A DNA stretch of 64,000 nt from Nematocida ausubeli (taxonomy: Eukaryota). Positions within the stretch are counted from its first letter, which is position 1; each line of letters opens with the position of its first letter. The notes beneath the pieces were generated by a model, which did not search any database, was not told the origin of the DNA, and saw only the letters and a program-made list of their open reading frames with translations. Both the position numbers and the translations under genes were made by a program. Positions 10,686 through 20,044 of this stretch are shown here, one piece after another. The stretch is from NCBI RefSeq assembly GCF_000738915.1, contig NW_026515634.1, forward strand, positions 186,001 through 250,000. Reading direction: 5' to 3'.

Positions 10686-12086
10686 CTATGGCTGCAGCCT
10701 CTTTGGGTCTCTTGGGAACATTGAGCACTTGTGAATATCCGTGCAGCCTGTCAGAAGCTTCACAACTCTTTCAAATCCTATTCCGCACCCTCCATGCCTT
10801 GGTGCTCCATACTCAAAGGCATCTATATAGTCCTTCACTCCATCAATAGTCATGCCCTTTGCAAGGACTCTTTCTCTAAGCACCTCTGGAGTGTTTATTC
10901 TTTCTGCGCCTGATGTGATCTCTTCTCCCTTCAGAATAAAGTCAAATGACTGCGTGTATCCCTTGTTTGATGGGACTAGGCTTGTGTAAAAGGGGCGCGC
11001 GCTCTCTGGATACTCTATCATTGCAAATAGGTCACTTCCAAATCTCTTCTTAACCTCGCCACCCAAGGCCTTCTCGTCTTCAGTTCCAATATCTTCTGTG
11101 TAGGATGCCTCTCTACCTATGCTGCGCAGAATGTCTATTCCTTCTCGGAAAGTAATCACAACAGGCTCCTCTGGAATGACTGTCTGATTCTCTGCTCCTG
11201 TGATCTCTTTGATCACGCCCAGCTCCCTCTGGCTTCTAGCCTGCACACCATCTGACACATGCTTGATCATTCCATATATGAACTTCACCAGGTCAACATA
11301 TGTCTTGTCCTTTAGTTCCATCTCGATATCAACCCCTGTAAACTCTGTTAAGTGCCTGCCCGTGTTAGAGTTCTCTGCTCTAAAGCATGGGGCAATTTCA
11401 AAAACCCTCTCCAGCCCTCCAATGATGGCCATTTGCTTGTATAGCTGGGGTGACTGCGCCAGAGTTGCTGGCTGTCCAAAGTAGCTCACGGGAAAGACCT
11501 CGCATCCTCCTTCCGAGGCACCTTTCAGGATCTTTGGGGTTTTTATTTCTATGAACATCCTATCTGACAAATACTCTCTAAACAGGCTGAGTGCTGCAGA
11601 GTACACCCGGAAAATGCTCTGTGTCTCAGATGACCGCAGATCAATATATCTGGCATCAAGCCTCTTAGACTGGTTGACAACTGGCAGCTGCGAGTCCTGT
11701 GCTCTCTCGTTGTGCTGCCACTCAAGGTCCTTCAGCTGGAAAGGAAGGTCTTTTGAGGCTGACAGAACTGTCACTGCCTTTGCCTGCACCTCAACATGCT
11801 TGACTGTGCATGAGGTAATTGGGGTTTTTGTGCTTGTCAGCAGGCCCTCAACACGTATGTACGACTCCTGCTGGCATTTCCCTGCCTCGCCTTCCTGCGC
11901 ACTGCACACGCACTGTATGGTGCCTAGACCCTGCCGCAGCACTATGAACATTTTCTTTTTTCCTGCTATTCTTATATTCTTGGCAAACCCATACAGCGCA
12001 ATGGGCTTAGGCTCCTCCGCGGGCCCCATTCCCTCGATCTCCTTTATATCTACCTGCGCGTAACTGCATGGCTCTTCTACTTTCAT
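10686..12086 (-). CDS. DPS1: Aspartyl-tRNA synthetase, cytoplasmic type
   Basis: LAQSPQLYKQM, FRAENSNTGRHLTEF, GEEITSGAERI, HGGCGIGFER and C-terminal FPRDPKRLQP. Confidence 0.97.
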   Translation of the reverse strand: MKVEEPCSYAQVDIKEIEGMGPAEEPKPIALYGFAKNIRIAGKKKMFIVLRQGLGTIQCVCSAQEGEAGKCQQESYIRVEGLLTSTKTPITSCTVKHVEVQAKAVTVLSASKDLPFQLKDLEWQHNERAQDSQLPVVNQSKRLDARYIDLRSSETQSIFRVYSAALSLFREYLSDRMFIEIKTPKILKGASEGGCEVFPVSYFGQPATLAQSPQLYKQMAIIGGLERVFEIAPCFRAENSNTGRHLTEFTGVDIEMELKDKTYVDLVKFIYGMIKHVSDGVQARSQRELGVIKEITGAENQTVIPEEPVVITFREGIDILRSIGREASYTEDIGTEDEKALGGEVKKRFGSDLFAMIEYPESARPFYTSLVPSNKGYTQSFDFILKGEEITSGAERINTPEVLRERVLAKGMTIDGVKDYIDAFEYGAPRHGGCGIGFERVVKLLTGCTDIHKCSMFPRDPKRLQP

Positions 12087-12111
12087 CTTGTAAAATTTTG
12101 TTTAATTAGAA

Positions 12112-13815
12112 ATGAATAAGAGATGCAATGGACTTGTGTTTACAATGGAGAAAGGCGCTCCTCCACGTAAGAAAAAGGAATCTGCCACGCCCAGCGCCCC
12201 AGCACTAAAAGGGGTGAGCAAGGCCAAATCCAAACAAATTGGATTTACGTTTACCTTTAAGGACGATGAGCCTGCGCCCACAAAGAAGAGCGCCGTGCTC
12301 CCTGCAGAAAAAAGCGCGCAAAAGCCAAGCAAGCAAGCAAAGGCTGCGCCAAAAGTTGCCCCAGGCCAGAAGAAATTTATATTTTCATTTGAGGTGGACA
12401 AAAGCGCAAAAGACAGTGTACATAAAGCAGGAGCAGAAAGCGCGCCTGCTGTGAAAAAGCTTGCAAGCACAAGAGGAAGAAAACCCGCTGCTAAAGTCGG
12501 CCCAATGAAGGAAGCTGTGTCCATGGCTGAAAAGCACTCTTCTAGCAAAGAGACAGGCCCTTCTGGGAAAGCCCCTCCTGCAGTGTCTTCTGCGCGCGCA
12601 GCAGGCAAACGAGCAGGTAAACCTGTCGCAGCTACAAGCGAGGAAAAACCTGCACCAAGCACTACCATAGCTGAGAAAGTTTCCTCTGCAGATGAAATAG
12701 GCGAGTGCTGGCAGGATTTAGATGCCATGCCTGATTTAGATAAAGATATGGCCCTTTCTATTGGAGATGGCACACCAAGTGTGCAAGAGGACATAAGCAA
12801 GGCAGCTTCTACTTCGAGCCCAGCAGAACAGCCTCTGACAAGTGAGAAAAACGAAATGAGCATAGCACCATCTGTGATTAGATCTATACCTAGCACTCCT
12901 ATGAAAGCACAGACTCCAACTCCAAGCCGAACGCCAAGAAACAGCATGCACTTCCCATCTGTTGCCCATCTAAACACCGCGCCCCTACAAAGTAAAGCAG
13001 CCACCCCCATACTGAACCGGAAAAGAATGACAATAGGCCCAGAGGACGTTGTCTCGCCAGTTAAGATACGCAGGCTGTCTCTCGATGCGTTTGATGCAAG
13101 GAAGTGTTCTATATTCCAAACACGTAGAGAGAGCCTGTTTGGGTACGACCAGATATATGGAGGCAGTGTTTCTCCAGAAGACTTCTATAGGCACTCAAAC
13201 ATCTCGCAGCCTGCAAAGACAAGAACGAAGCAGATTCTTCTCTGGATTGCAAAGTACATTTCTAACGGGCATCTGAAAATAGACGGGCTTACTGAGGAAA
13301 GCACACAGAAGATATGCACAATGTACATGCGGCAAATAAATGAGCTTGTTCTTCCTGAGCAGCCAAAGACCAAGGAAGATTCGCACATAGTGGATAATGC
13401 AAAGAGTGTAATAGTCGCGCTCCAAGACGACACAGCCAAGTACAGAAGCGAAATAGAGAAGTGGAAAGAGGTGTACAGCACTCTCCTTCATTCTTATACA
13501 CTGAAGGTGCCTCTTTTTGCGCCAGAGGAAAATATGCGAAGGCTGTCCATACACAGACAGAGTATGAATGGGCTTGTGTCCTTTGATGCAACTGTAATAG
13601 GATGCACCCCTGTTGACACAATGCGTGCTCTTTCCAGGCGGCTGGAGGAGCTGCACAGTTCTCTGAACTCCTCAAGGTATTTCCTTTTTCTTTCTCTCGA
13701 GTACACGAAAAAGGTATGCGGCTCTCTGCTTGAGGCCTCCCACCCACTCGACAAGTCTAAAGCGAACGCGCTCTTGCATGTTCTTTGCAAAATATCCCGT
13801 AAGGTGCAAGTATAA
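12112..13815 (+). CDS. Kinetochore Mis12-complex subunit Dsn1/Mis13-like
   Basis: Long disordered K/A/S/P N-terminus, RRLS/RRES sites, VSPEDFYRH..QPAKTRTKQILLWI resembling the fungal Dsn1 motif EFYKHI..LPEPRRMKQLLxW, then coiled coil. Confidence 0.6.
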   Translation: MNKRCNGLVFTMEKGAPPRKKKESATPSAPALKGVSKAKSKQIGFTFTFKDDEPAPTKKSAVLPAEKSAQKPSKQAKAAPKVAPGQKKFIFSFEVDKSAKDSVHKAGAESAPAVKKLASTRGRKPAAKVGPMKEAVSMAEKHSSSKETGPSGKAPPAVSSARAAGKRAGKPVAATSEEKPAPSTTIAEKVSSADEIGECWQDLDAMPDLDKDMALSIGDGTPSVQEDISKAASTSSPAEQPLTSEKNEMSIAPSVIRSIPSTPMKAQTPTPSRTPRNSMHFPSVAHLNTAPLQSKAATPILNRKRMTIGPEDVVSPVKIRRLSLDAFDARKCSIFQTRRESLFGYDQIYGGSVSPEDFYRHSNISQPAKTRTKQILLWIAKYISNGHLKIDGLTEESTQKICTMYMRQINELVLPEQPKTKEDSHIVDNAKSVIVALQDDTAKYRSEIEKWKEVYSTLLHSYTLKVPLFAPEENMRRLSIHRQSMNGLVSFDATVIGCTPVDTMRALSRRLEELHSSLNSSRYFLFLSLEYTKKVCGSLLEASHPLDKSKANALLHVLCKISRKVQV

Positions 13816-14383
13816 TAAAGTTGTTTCTATTCTATAGCTGCTGCATGCATGTCCTGGTTCTCTCTACACTTTCACTCACTTGGCAGCCATAAAACAGTGC
13901 GCTGCCTTGCGGTTCTCTTATTAGGTGACACTGCTGCCCAAGGTTTCTCTTTTCTGGGCTTTTTCTAGAAAGCAGTGCTGGCTTGCAGAGATTGCGCCTG
14001 AGTGCTCTGCATTCTTTAGCCATGCACACTTGCTGGTCTACACTGCTTCTGTATTAAGAGACCTTACGCACCTATCCAGCAATGATTTCCCATATGTAAA
14101 ATAATTTAATAGCTATAAGCTATTTTTAAGACCTGTGCTCATGCATCCTGTAGTAATAGATATATCGTATTTATTAACAAGCTCTTCCAAGCAGTGCAAA
14201 GCATACTCACCACTAGTATGCCTGTGTTCCTGCCTTCTAGGCTATCTGTCTGTGCAAATGTCTACATAGTGCACTCTGCGCTGTGAAAATGTATTTTCTT
14301 GAGTTTAAGATATACAAAAGAGGGTCTCGCCGCACATCCTAATTAATGCACTCTTATCTAATGCGCATGCGCGCATGCTCTTC

Positions 14384-15496
14384 CTATCTGCGCTGGGAAA
14401 GAGCCTTTCTGCACCACTGCACCTTGTCCTGGTAGAAGTCGTTCAGCGACTTTGCACACTTTGCATACTGCGAGCCAGGCGGATTGTACGCATAGCAGTT
14501 GCTAATGATCAGCTGAACATCAGAGTCCATTTCGTCAAATGCTCGGTATTGGTCTGTCTCTATCTTGTGCTGTATGGTTTGAAGATCCATTGGGCTTTTT
14601 ATAACTGTGTAGTAGTCGTGCACATCATTAGCATTCACCGGCTCAAGGAACGGCCATGCTGTATTGTGCTTTCTTAGCTCGTAGCAGAGATACAAAAGCA
14701 GCTCTTTCAGACTGCCCTTACACTCTAGCGAACTCTCTATCTCCTCTGTAAACCCTGCTGAAATCAACCCTGGTATGCTCTTTATATCCATCACTGTACT
14801 TGGCATTGTGTACTCTGTCTGCAAGCCCGGATACTTCTGCTTCACAAACTCCTGCAGCTTTTCTCGCCTGTCCAGAAGCATGGTGTACACATCTCCCTGG
14901 GTGATATCTGGAAGGATCTTGCCCTGCATAAGCGTTCCTCCCTCATAGTCCTTGATGCGCCCTCTCCAGTTAATAAACGTGATTTTCTTGGTAAAACCCT
15001 GCTTTTTGAAGTAGCCTATTGCATAGTTGTCTGCATATGTCAGCAGATATATTGGGCTGTTGAAGAGCTCGTTGCTCTTTCTTGCAATATCTCTGAAATC
15101 TGCAAGAACTGTTTTCTTCAGCATAGTCATCATGAACTCTCCATACCCTTTGATCTGCGAGTCACTATTCACTGCACAGAAAACAATCTCTGCAAAAGAC
15201 TCGTTGTAAAATAGCCTGTAGCAAATTCCCCCAACAACTTTATTTTCTTTTTTGTCAATCATCGCCATAGACCTGTGCTTTGTGTCAAAGAGAAGACGCG
15301 TGACATACTCCTTTGGCATATTAGGCAGCTGTTTTTGAAATATTGTGCGCAGCACTAGAAGTGTCTGCATGGACTGCATATATTCTGCATCTTGCGTGGT
15401 TACCACTATAATCTCTAAATCCCCATTCTCTACCTGTTTCATTAGGAAGCGGTTTCTTTCTACTTTTTGCTCTGCTTCTTTTGGTAGTCCAAACAT
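14384..15496 (-). CDS. GCN5: Histone acetyltransferase Gcn5 (GNAT plus bromodomain)
   Basis: FQKQLPNMPKEY, FAEIVFCAV, YADNYAIGYFKKQGF, IKDYEGGTLM; bromodomain AWPFLEPV..DYY..PMDL..NCYAYN; likely start ATG 15496. Confidence 0.95.
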   Translation of the reverse strand: MFGLPKEAEQKVERNRFLMKQVENGDLEIIVVTTQDAEYMQSMQTLLVLRTIFQKQLPNMPKEYVTRLLFDTKHRSMAMIDKKENKVVGGICYRLFYNESFAEIVFCAVNSDSQIKGYGEFMMTMLKKTVLADFRDIARKSNELFNSPIYLLTYADNYAIGYFKKQGFTKKITFINWRGRIKDYEGGTLMQGKILPDITQGDVYTMLLDRREKLQEFVKQKYPGLQTEYTMPSTVMDIKSIPGLISAGFTEEIESSLECKGSLKELLLYLCYELRKHNTAWPFLEPVNANDVHDYYTVIKSPMDLQTIQHKIETDQYRAFDEMDSDVQLIISNCYAYNPPGSQYAKCAKSLNDFYQDKVQWCRKALSQRR

Positions 15497-15968
15497 AACT
15501 CTACTTCCTCCTCTGCTGGAATGAAATTTATAAATTTTTATATGCAGAGCAATTCCGTTATTCAGAATCACATATCGCTCAGCTACTGGGCAGCCTGCAT
15601 GCATATCTATCCTTTATCTATATACTGCGCTTTTTTATTTCTCTGCGGGTGGGCTGCATATACTACCACAGTTATTTCTTGCTTCATTCAGAAAGAGCAT
15701 GCGGCGGCCTCCTTTTCTGTTCTTTTGGATTATGTCTTTGCTTGCTCTAATCTGCAGTTCTCTATGCGCAGAAAATAGCAAGGATAACAGGGAACGGACT
15801 TTACTGCTTTCTAAATTTGATAAAAATACTTAATTCTTTCCTATACATAAAATGTCTGGATTTATTATGAAGTAGAGTACATTTTTATTACATTCTGTTC
15901 TTTGGATACATCCAAAGAGTTTTCTGCGCCTTGCATGTAGCTATAGATCAACTACAGCTCTAGGTCGG

Positions 15969-16586
15969 TCAGCTACTAGCCCTCTTCCTTCCAATCTTCT
16001 CCTCTATCTCAATTAGAAGGCTGCGCGAGTCGCTTATTCCCTGCGCAGATGCCCCTCTACTAGCCAGATCCAGTGCCTCCTTTGCAAACTTGTGCGCAAT
16101 TGGCAGCTGGTGCACAGAAATGAAATACCTTGCCAGACAGCACTCCATTTTGTAGAACTGCGATGGCATTAGATTGGCTAGATACGTGTTGGACTCCAGA
16201 AAAACGCGGTCCACATCTCCCTCCTGCATATACCCGTGCTTGCGGCTCATTTTCTTAAGTATCTCCATAATATGGGACGTCTTTGTGCTCTGTGCGAGTA
16301 TTCTGGACATTCTGTATCCCTGCAGAATCTTTTTTGTTGTTGCGCTACCCACCCAGCTCTTTGCATATATATTGGTCAGCGCCATAATAATGCCTTTGTC
16401 ATTCAGATCCTCCCGCTTTTTCAGCGCATATGTGTAGAACTTGTTAAAGGTATCGAGCTCGGCAAAGATCGTGCTGTATGGAACTGCGTGTTTAGGTACA
16501 ACGTACATCTGGGCCTCTGCATCCTGGTACAAATCCACCGCCATATTATTGTCAATGTACCACAGATTCTCGACAACAAACTCCAT
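15969..16586 (-). CDS. Hypothetical helical protein
   Basis: 205-aa ORF divergent from the PP2A-B gene; TPR-like C-terminal helices. Confidence 0.65.
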   Translation of the reverse strand: MEFVVENLWYIDNNMAVDLYQDAEAQMYVVPKHAVPYSTIFAELDTFNKFYTYALKKREDLNDKGIIMALTNIYAKSWVGSATTKKILQGYRMSRILAQSTKTSHIMEILKKMSRKHGYMQEGDVDRVFLESNTYLANLMPSQFYKMECCLARYFISVHQLPIAHKFAKEALDLASRGASAQGISDSRSLLIEIEEKIGRKRASS

Positions 16587-16619
16587 ATTTACTTGAATAG
16601 CACAAAATAATTTTACTAT

Positions 16620-17831
16620 ATGTTATCCAATTGGAAATGCAGACAGACCATCACGGCTGCAACAATGGACTGCTACAAGTCTAGCATAATCTCTGACGAA
16701 ACACTTGTTCTGGGCAGAAACAAAGGGTTTGTTGAAGTGTACAAAATAGGCGCAAGCCTGAAGAAGAAAATTGAGTTCAAAAGCCACTCCCCCTGCTTCG
16801 ACTATCTGAGAAGCACAGAAATCGCAGAGTCTGTGGATAATATCAGCGTGCTGCCTTCTGGAACAAAAGAAATTCTTGTTCTTAGCGGAAACCAGAAGAA
16901 CGTCAAGCTGTGGAATGTCCATCCATCATATATTAATACAGAAAACCCCCCACACATTGTGGAGTGCTGCACAGACTCGTCTTTTTCCTGCGACACGATA
17001 GAGGAAGCTTCCAATGATGGACGCAGCCCATCCGATAGAATGAAAAACATCTTTTTGGGAAAGACGGAGCGGAAGGCGCGCGTCAAGCTAGAGAAAGACT
17101 ACACGCCTGAAAATGTCTACAACATACACAGTCTTTCTGTCTCGCCATCTGGAGAAACCATTCTCATGGCAGACGAGCTCTCAATTACGCTGATGAGCGC
17201 AAAGCTTGAGAGCCCGCAGACTGTTCTCAATCTGAAGCCCACAAAAAATGAAGAGCTGTCCAAGGTGATTACCACTGCCCGCTTTGTAGAGAAGTCAAAC
17301 AACATGTTTATATACGGAACTGCAGGCGGCGCCATGTTTTTGCATGACCTTCGGGACTGCTCTCGTGGAGGAAGTGTACTAACTGTGAATCCGCAGAAGC
17401 GCGCAGACTTCTATAATGAGGTTGTGCAGCCCATTGCAGACATCCAGCTGGTCTCTGATAACATCATTGCGTCCCGGGACCTGCAGTACATCGTTACCAC
17501 AGACATCCGATCCCCAGGAAGTGCTCTCATGGAGTACGATGTATATCCTCTTGTTCGCAAAAACATTAGCGACCTGTATGACTCAGATGAGATATTCTCT
17601 AAATTTAAAATGGCTGTATCTGGCGATAAAATCTATACTGGATCCTTTAACACAGTTCTTACAGAGGTAGATACAAAGACAAACACAACAAACCGGGTCT
17701 TCCTCGAAGAAGATCTAGAGTCAGCCACTCGAATTATAGAAGACAAAAAAATCACCTGCATCTCACTGAAAAATGACTGCATGATAACTGCTCATGGAAA
17801 TCAGTGCTATATATTTAGATCTACTGTATAA
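16620..17831 (+). CDS. CDC55: PP2A B55-type regulatory subunit (WD40)
   Basis: FKSHSPCFDYLRSTEIAE, YNIHSLSVS, VITTARF, LYDSDEIFSKF, IYTGSFN match B55/Cdc55 motifs. Confidence 0.9.
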   Translation: MLSNWKCRQTITAATMDCYKSSIISDETLVLGRNKGFVEVYKIGASLKKKIEFKSHSPCFDYLRSTEIAESVDNISVLPSGTKEILVLSGNQKNVKLWNVHPSYINTENPPHIVECCTDSSFSCDTIEEASNDGRSPSDRMKNIFLGKTERKARVKLEKDYTPENVYNIHSLSVSPSGETILMADELSITLMSAKLESPQTVLNLKPTKNEELSKVITTARFVEKSNNMFIYGTAGGAMFLHDLRDCSRGGSVLTVNPQKRADFYNEVVQPIADIQLVSDNIIASRDLQYIVTTDIRSPGSALMEYDVYPLVRKNISDLYDSDEIFSKFKMAVSGDKIYTGSFNTVLTEVDTKTNTTNRVFLEEDLESATRIIEDKKITCISLKNDCMITAHGNQCYIFRSTV

Positions 17832-17947
17832 CAGAAAAAAACATCTCTGCATGGTATGGATTTAATAAATAGTTGGTGTTTATGAAGGTGGTAATGACTT
17901 CTACATGGCTTTCTTTCTTGGATGGCTGCTACTTTTAGTTTGCTTCT

Positions 17948-18667
17948 TTATATCCATCGAAGGTATTTTAAGAATAGAATTCCAAAGAGCACTGCGAATA
18001 TTACTAAAATGCTTCTTCTTTTTTGTTTGACTTTCTCTAAGGCTCCTCTCAGCTCGTATGACCCCCCGCGCAGATTTGACTTAGCCTGTGTGAATAGGCC
18101 ATCAATTAGGTCCACCTTCTCACCCTGCAATGATATGTGCATGGACACCTCGGTCACCATCTGCCCAAGCTCGTTTATGTGCTGCTCCAAAGACTCAAAC
18201 TCTCTTCTCCGAATGCTGCTCATTTCTTCTCTCTGTATTTCTCTGCTCACATGCCTGGTTTCTTGCCGCATAGCATGCCCTATGGAAGGTGTGCGTCTCT
18301 GCTGTTCCTCCTGGTGCAGCGCTGCAGCTTTTCTCTGCTCGTTTTCCCTGTGCCTGCTCAAAATCTCCCGGAGCTTCAAAATAAACCCACTGTGCTTGTG
18401 CTTCATAAGCCGCACAATGCTCTGGTCTATGTCTTCTGTGCATTGCATTCCTGCAATCTGGTCAAACAAAATGTCCAGCTGCCGTTCTGTATCACTGATT
18501 AGTGCACTGCTTGGTGCTCTTCTCTGGCTCACAGCACTTTCTAATAGATCTATGTTCTTCTGTGCGCTCTGCACTGTGGCAGCAGACGGCTGCTCTGAAC
18601 ATCTGGGCCTCTCCTGCAGAGCATTTGTTGCTGCTACAAGCGATCTAAATTCTCTTGTTCGATCCAT
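17948..18667 (-). CDS. SED5: Golgi syntaxin Sed5/Stx5
   Basis: N-terminal DRTREF motif, Qa-SNARE helix (LEQHINELGQMVTEVSMHISLQGEKVDLID), C-terminal TM. Confidence 0.85.
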   Translation of the reverse strand: MDRTREFRSLVAATNALQERPRCSEQPSAATVQSAQKNIDLLESAVSQRRAPSSALISDTERQLDILFDQIAGMQCTEDIDQSIVRLMKHKHSGFILKLREILSRHRENEQRKAAALHQEEQQRRTPSIGHAMRQETRHVSREIQREEMSSIRRREFESLEQHINELGQMVTEVSMHISLQGEKVDLIDGLFTQAKSNLRGGSYELRGALEKVKQKRRSILVIFAVLFGILFLKYLRWI

Positions 18668-19078
18668 AAAAAGTTTATATTCTCTATGCCATATTTAAAT
18701 AAAACATATATTAATTCAAAAGCTGTACTGTTTGCTTTTTTAATTCAGTCTAATATATTTTATATATCCCCATCCATTGTTTATAATATTGGAAGAGTTT
18801 TTCATTATTTTTTCAAGAAGCAGTAGCTACACAGTCTTCCCATGCGAAAAAATGCCCATTATCTTAGAATTGTACATGCTCTACATAATTCAAGTTTTTT
18901 GCAGAAATTACTTGAAAACATAGTCTAGAACTATAAGCAGTCCTGCAATAATACGGCAAAAACATGCCACAGATTGTATAGTACATTACAAAAAGAGTGA
19001 ATGGTATAGTTGGCATTCACATCCCGACCTTCTTTATTTACTGAACAAATCTTTAACTGCTATTATTAAGAGTTTTCT

Positions 19079-19408
19079 TTATTGACAGCACTCAAAGGAC
19101 CGTTCCTTTTTTGTCTTTTGCAGAATTATTCTGCTTATAATAACAGAGATAAGCATTGTACACAGAATGTATCCATTTCCTGTCATCATTGTCATCATAA
19201 GAATCCATGAGCCTAGGAATCTCACAACATCAACAATGTATTTGTTTTTGGTGATTTCATTTATGTGATTTGCTGCTAATGTAGTGCATGCAATAAAAAG
19301 AATAAGGGCAGGAAAGAGTTTTCTTGTAATGCACAGGCCTGGTATAAAATATTCAGATACTTCGGTATCCCACACGATGCACATGCTCATCCCGCATCCA
19401 TGGCACAT
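19079..19408 (-). CDS. Ctr-family copper transporter (minimal)
   Basis: N-terminal Cys/His/Met motif MCHGCGMSM, three hydrophobic segments, WILMMTMMTGNGYIL (MxxxM-T-x-N), C-terminal CC. Confidence 0.7.
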   Translation of the reverse strand: MCHGCGMSMCIVWDTEVSEYFIPGLCITRKLFPALILFIACTTLAANHINEITKNKYIVDVVRFLGSWILMMTMMTGNGYILCTMLISVIISRIILQKTKKERSFECCQ

Positions 19409-20044
19409 ATTTTATTGGATGTACTCTCTGGCTATATAATATTTGTGTAGCTAATTGTATTGTCCTGTGCGCCAAAGACAGAAAATGTGCTTGCTAAGGA
19501 ACTCTAGTTTAAATAAATTTTGTTATATTTAGAAGAGCTTTATTCACATGTATCAGCAGATGCCTTGTACTCCTGTAATTATTTTTTAAAAGGATTTTCG
19601 TATGCACTGCGCAGCATATGGAAACATACATTTTTAGCCATGCAGCACCCATAAACAGAATAAAAGTTACTGAACTTTCCTCTTTTGAGAGTTAAGGAGA
19701 ACAATACCCTGAGTTGATTCTACAGAAGATAGTATTTATACACTTCGTCTTTATTTAAATCTTGATCTGTTTAAACGGTTCTAAAGAGAAATAATTTTTC
19801 TCTTCTTGATCTGATCTAAACCAATCAGACTATTGCTCTTGAAACTCCTTTTGGAAGGTAGACCAATCACTTGTACTCTGCTTATGGGATAAAATGCAAT
19901 CAATAAAATGTATCTCATCAGATTTTAGTATGAGCATACAACATCTCTAGGCAGAGTCTTTGTACCAGAAGTGCTTATACATAAAGAATATCAATACGTT
20001 AATAGAAATTTGCAAATATAAATCAAATTTTTATAAATATATAT

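Noticed and set aside
12102..13010. 302-aa antisense ORF
   Set aside because: Shadow of the low-complexity Dsn1-like gene; the same applies to 17922-18698, 53998-54651 and other antisense ORFs
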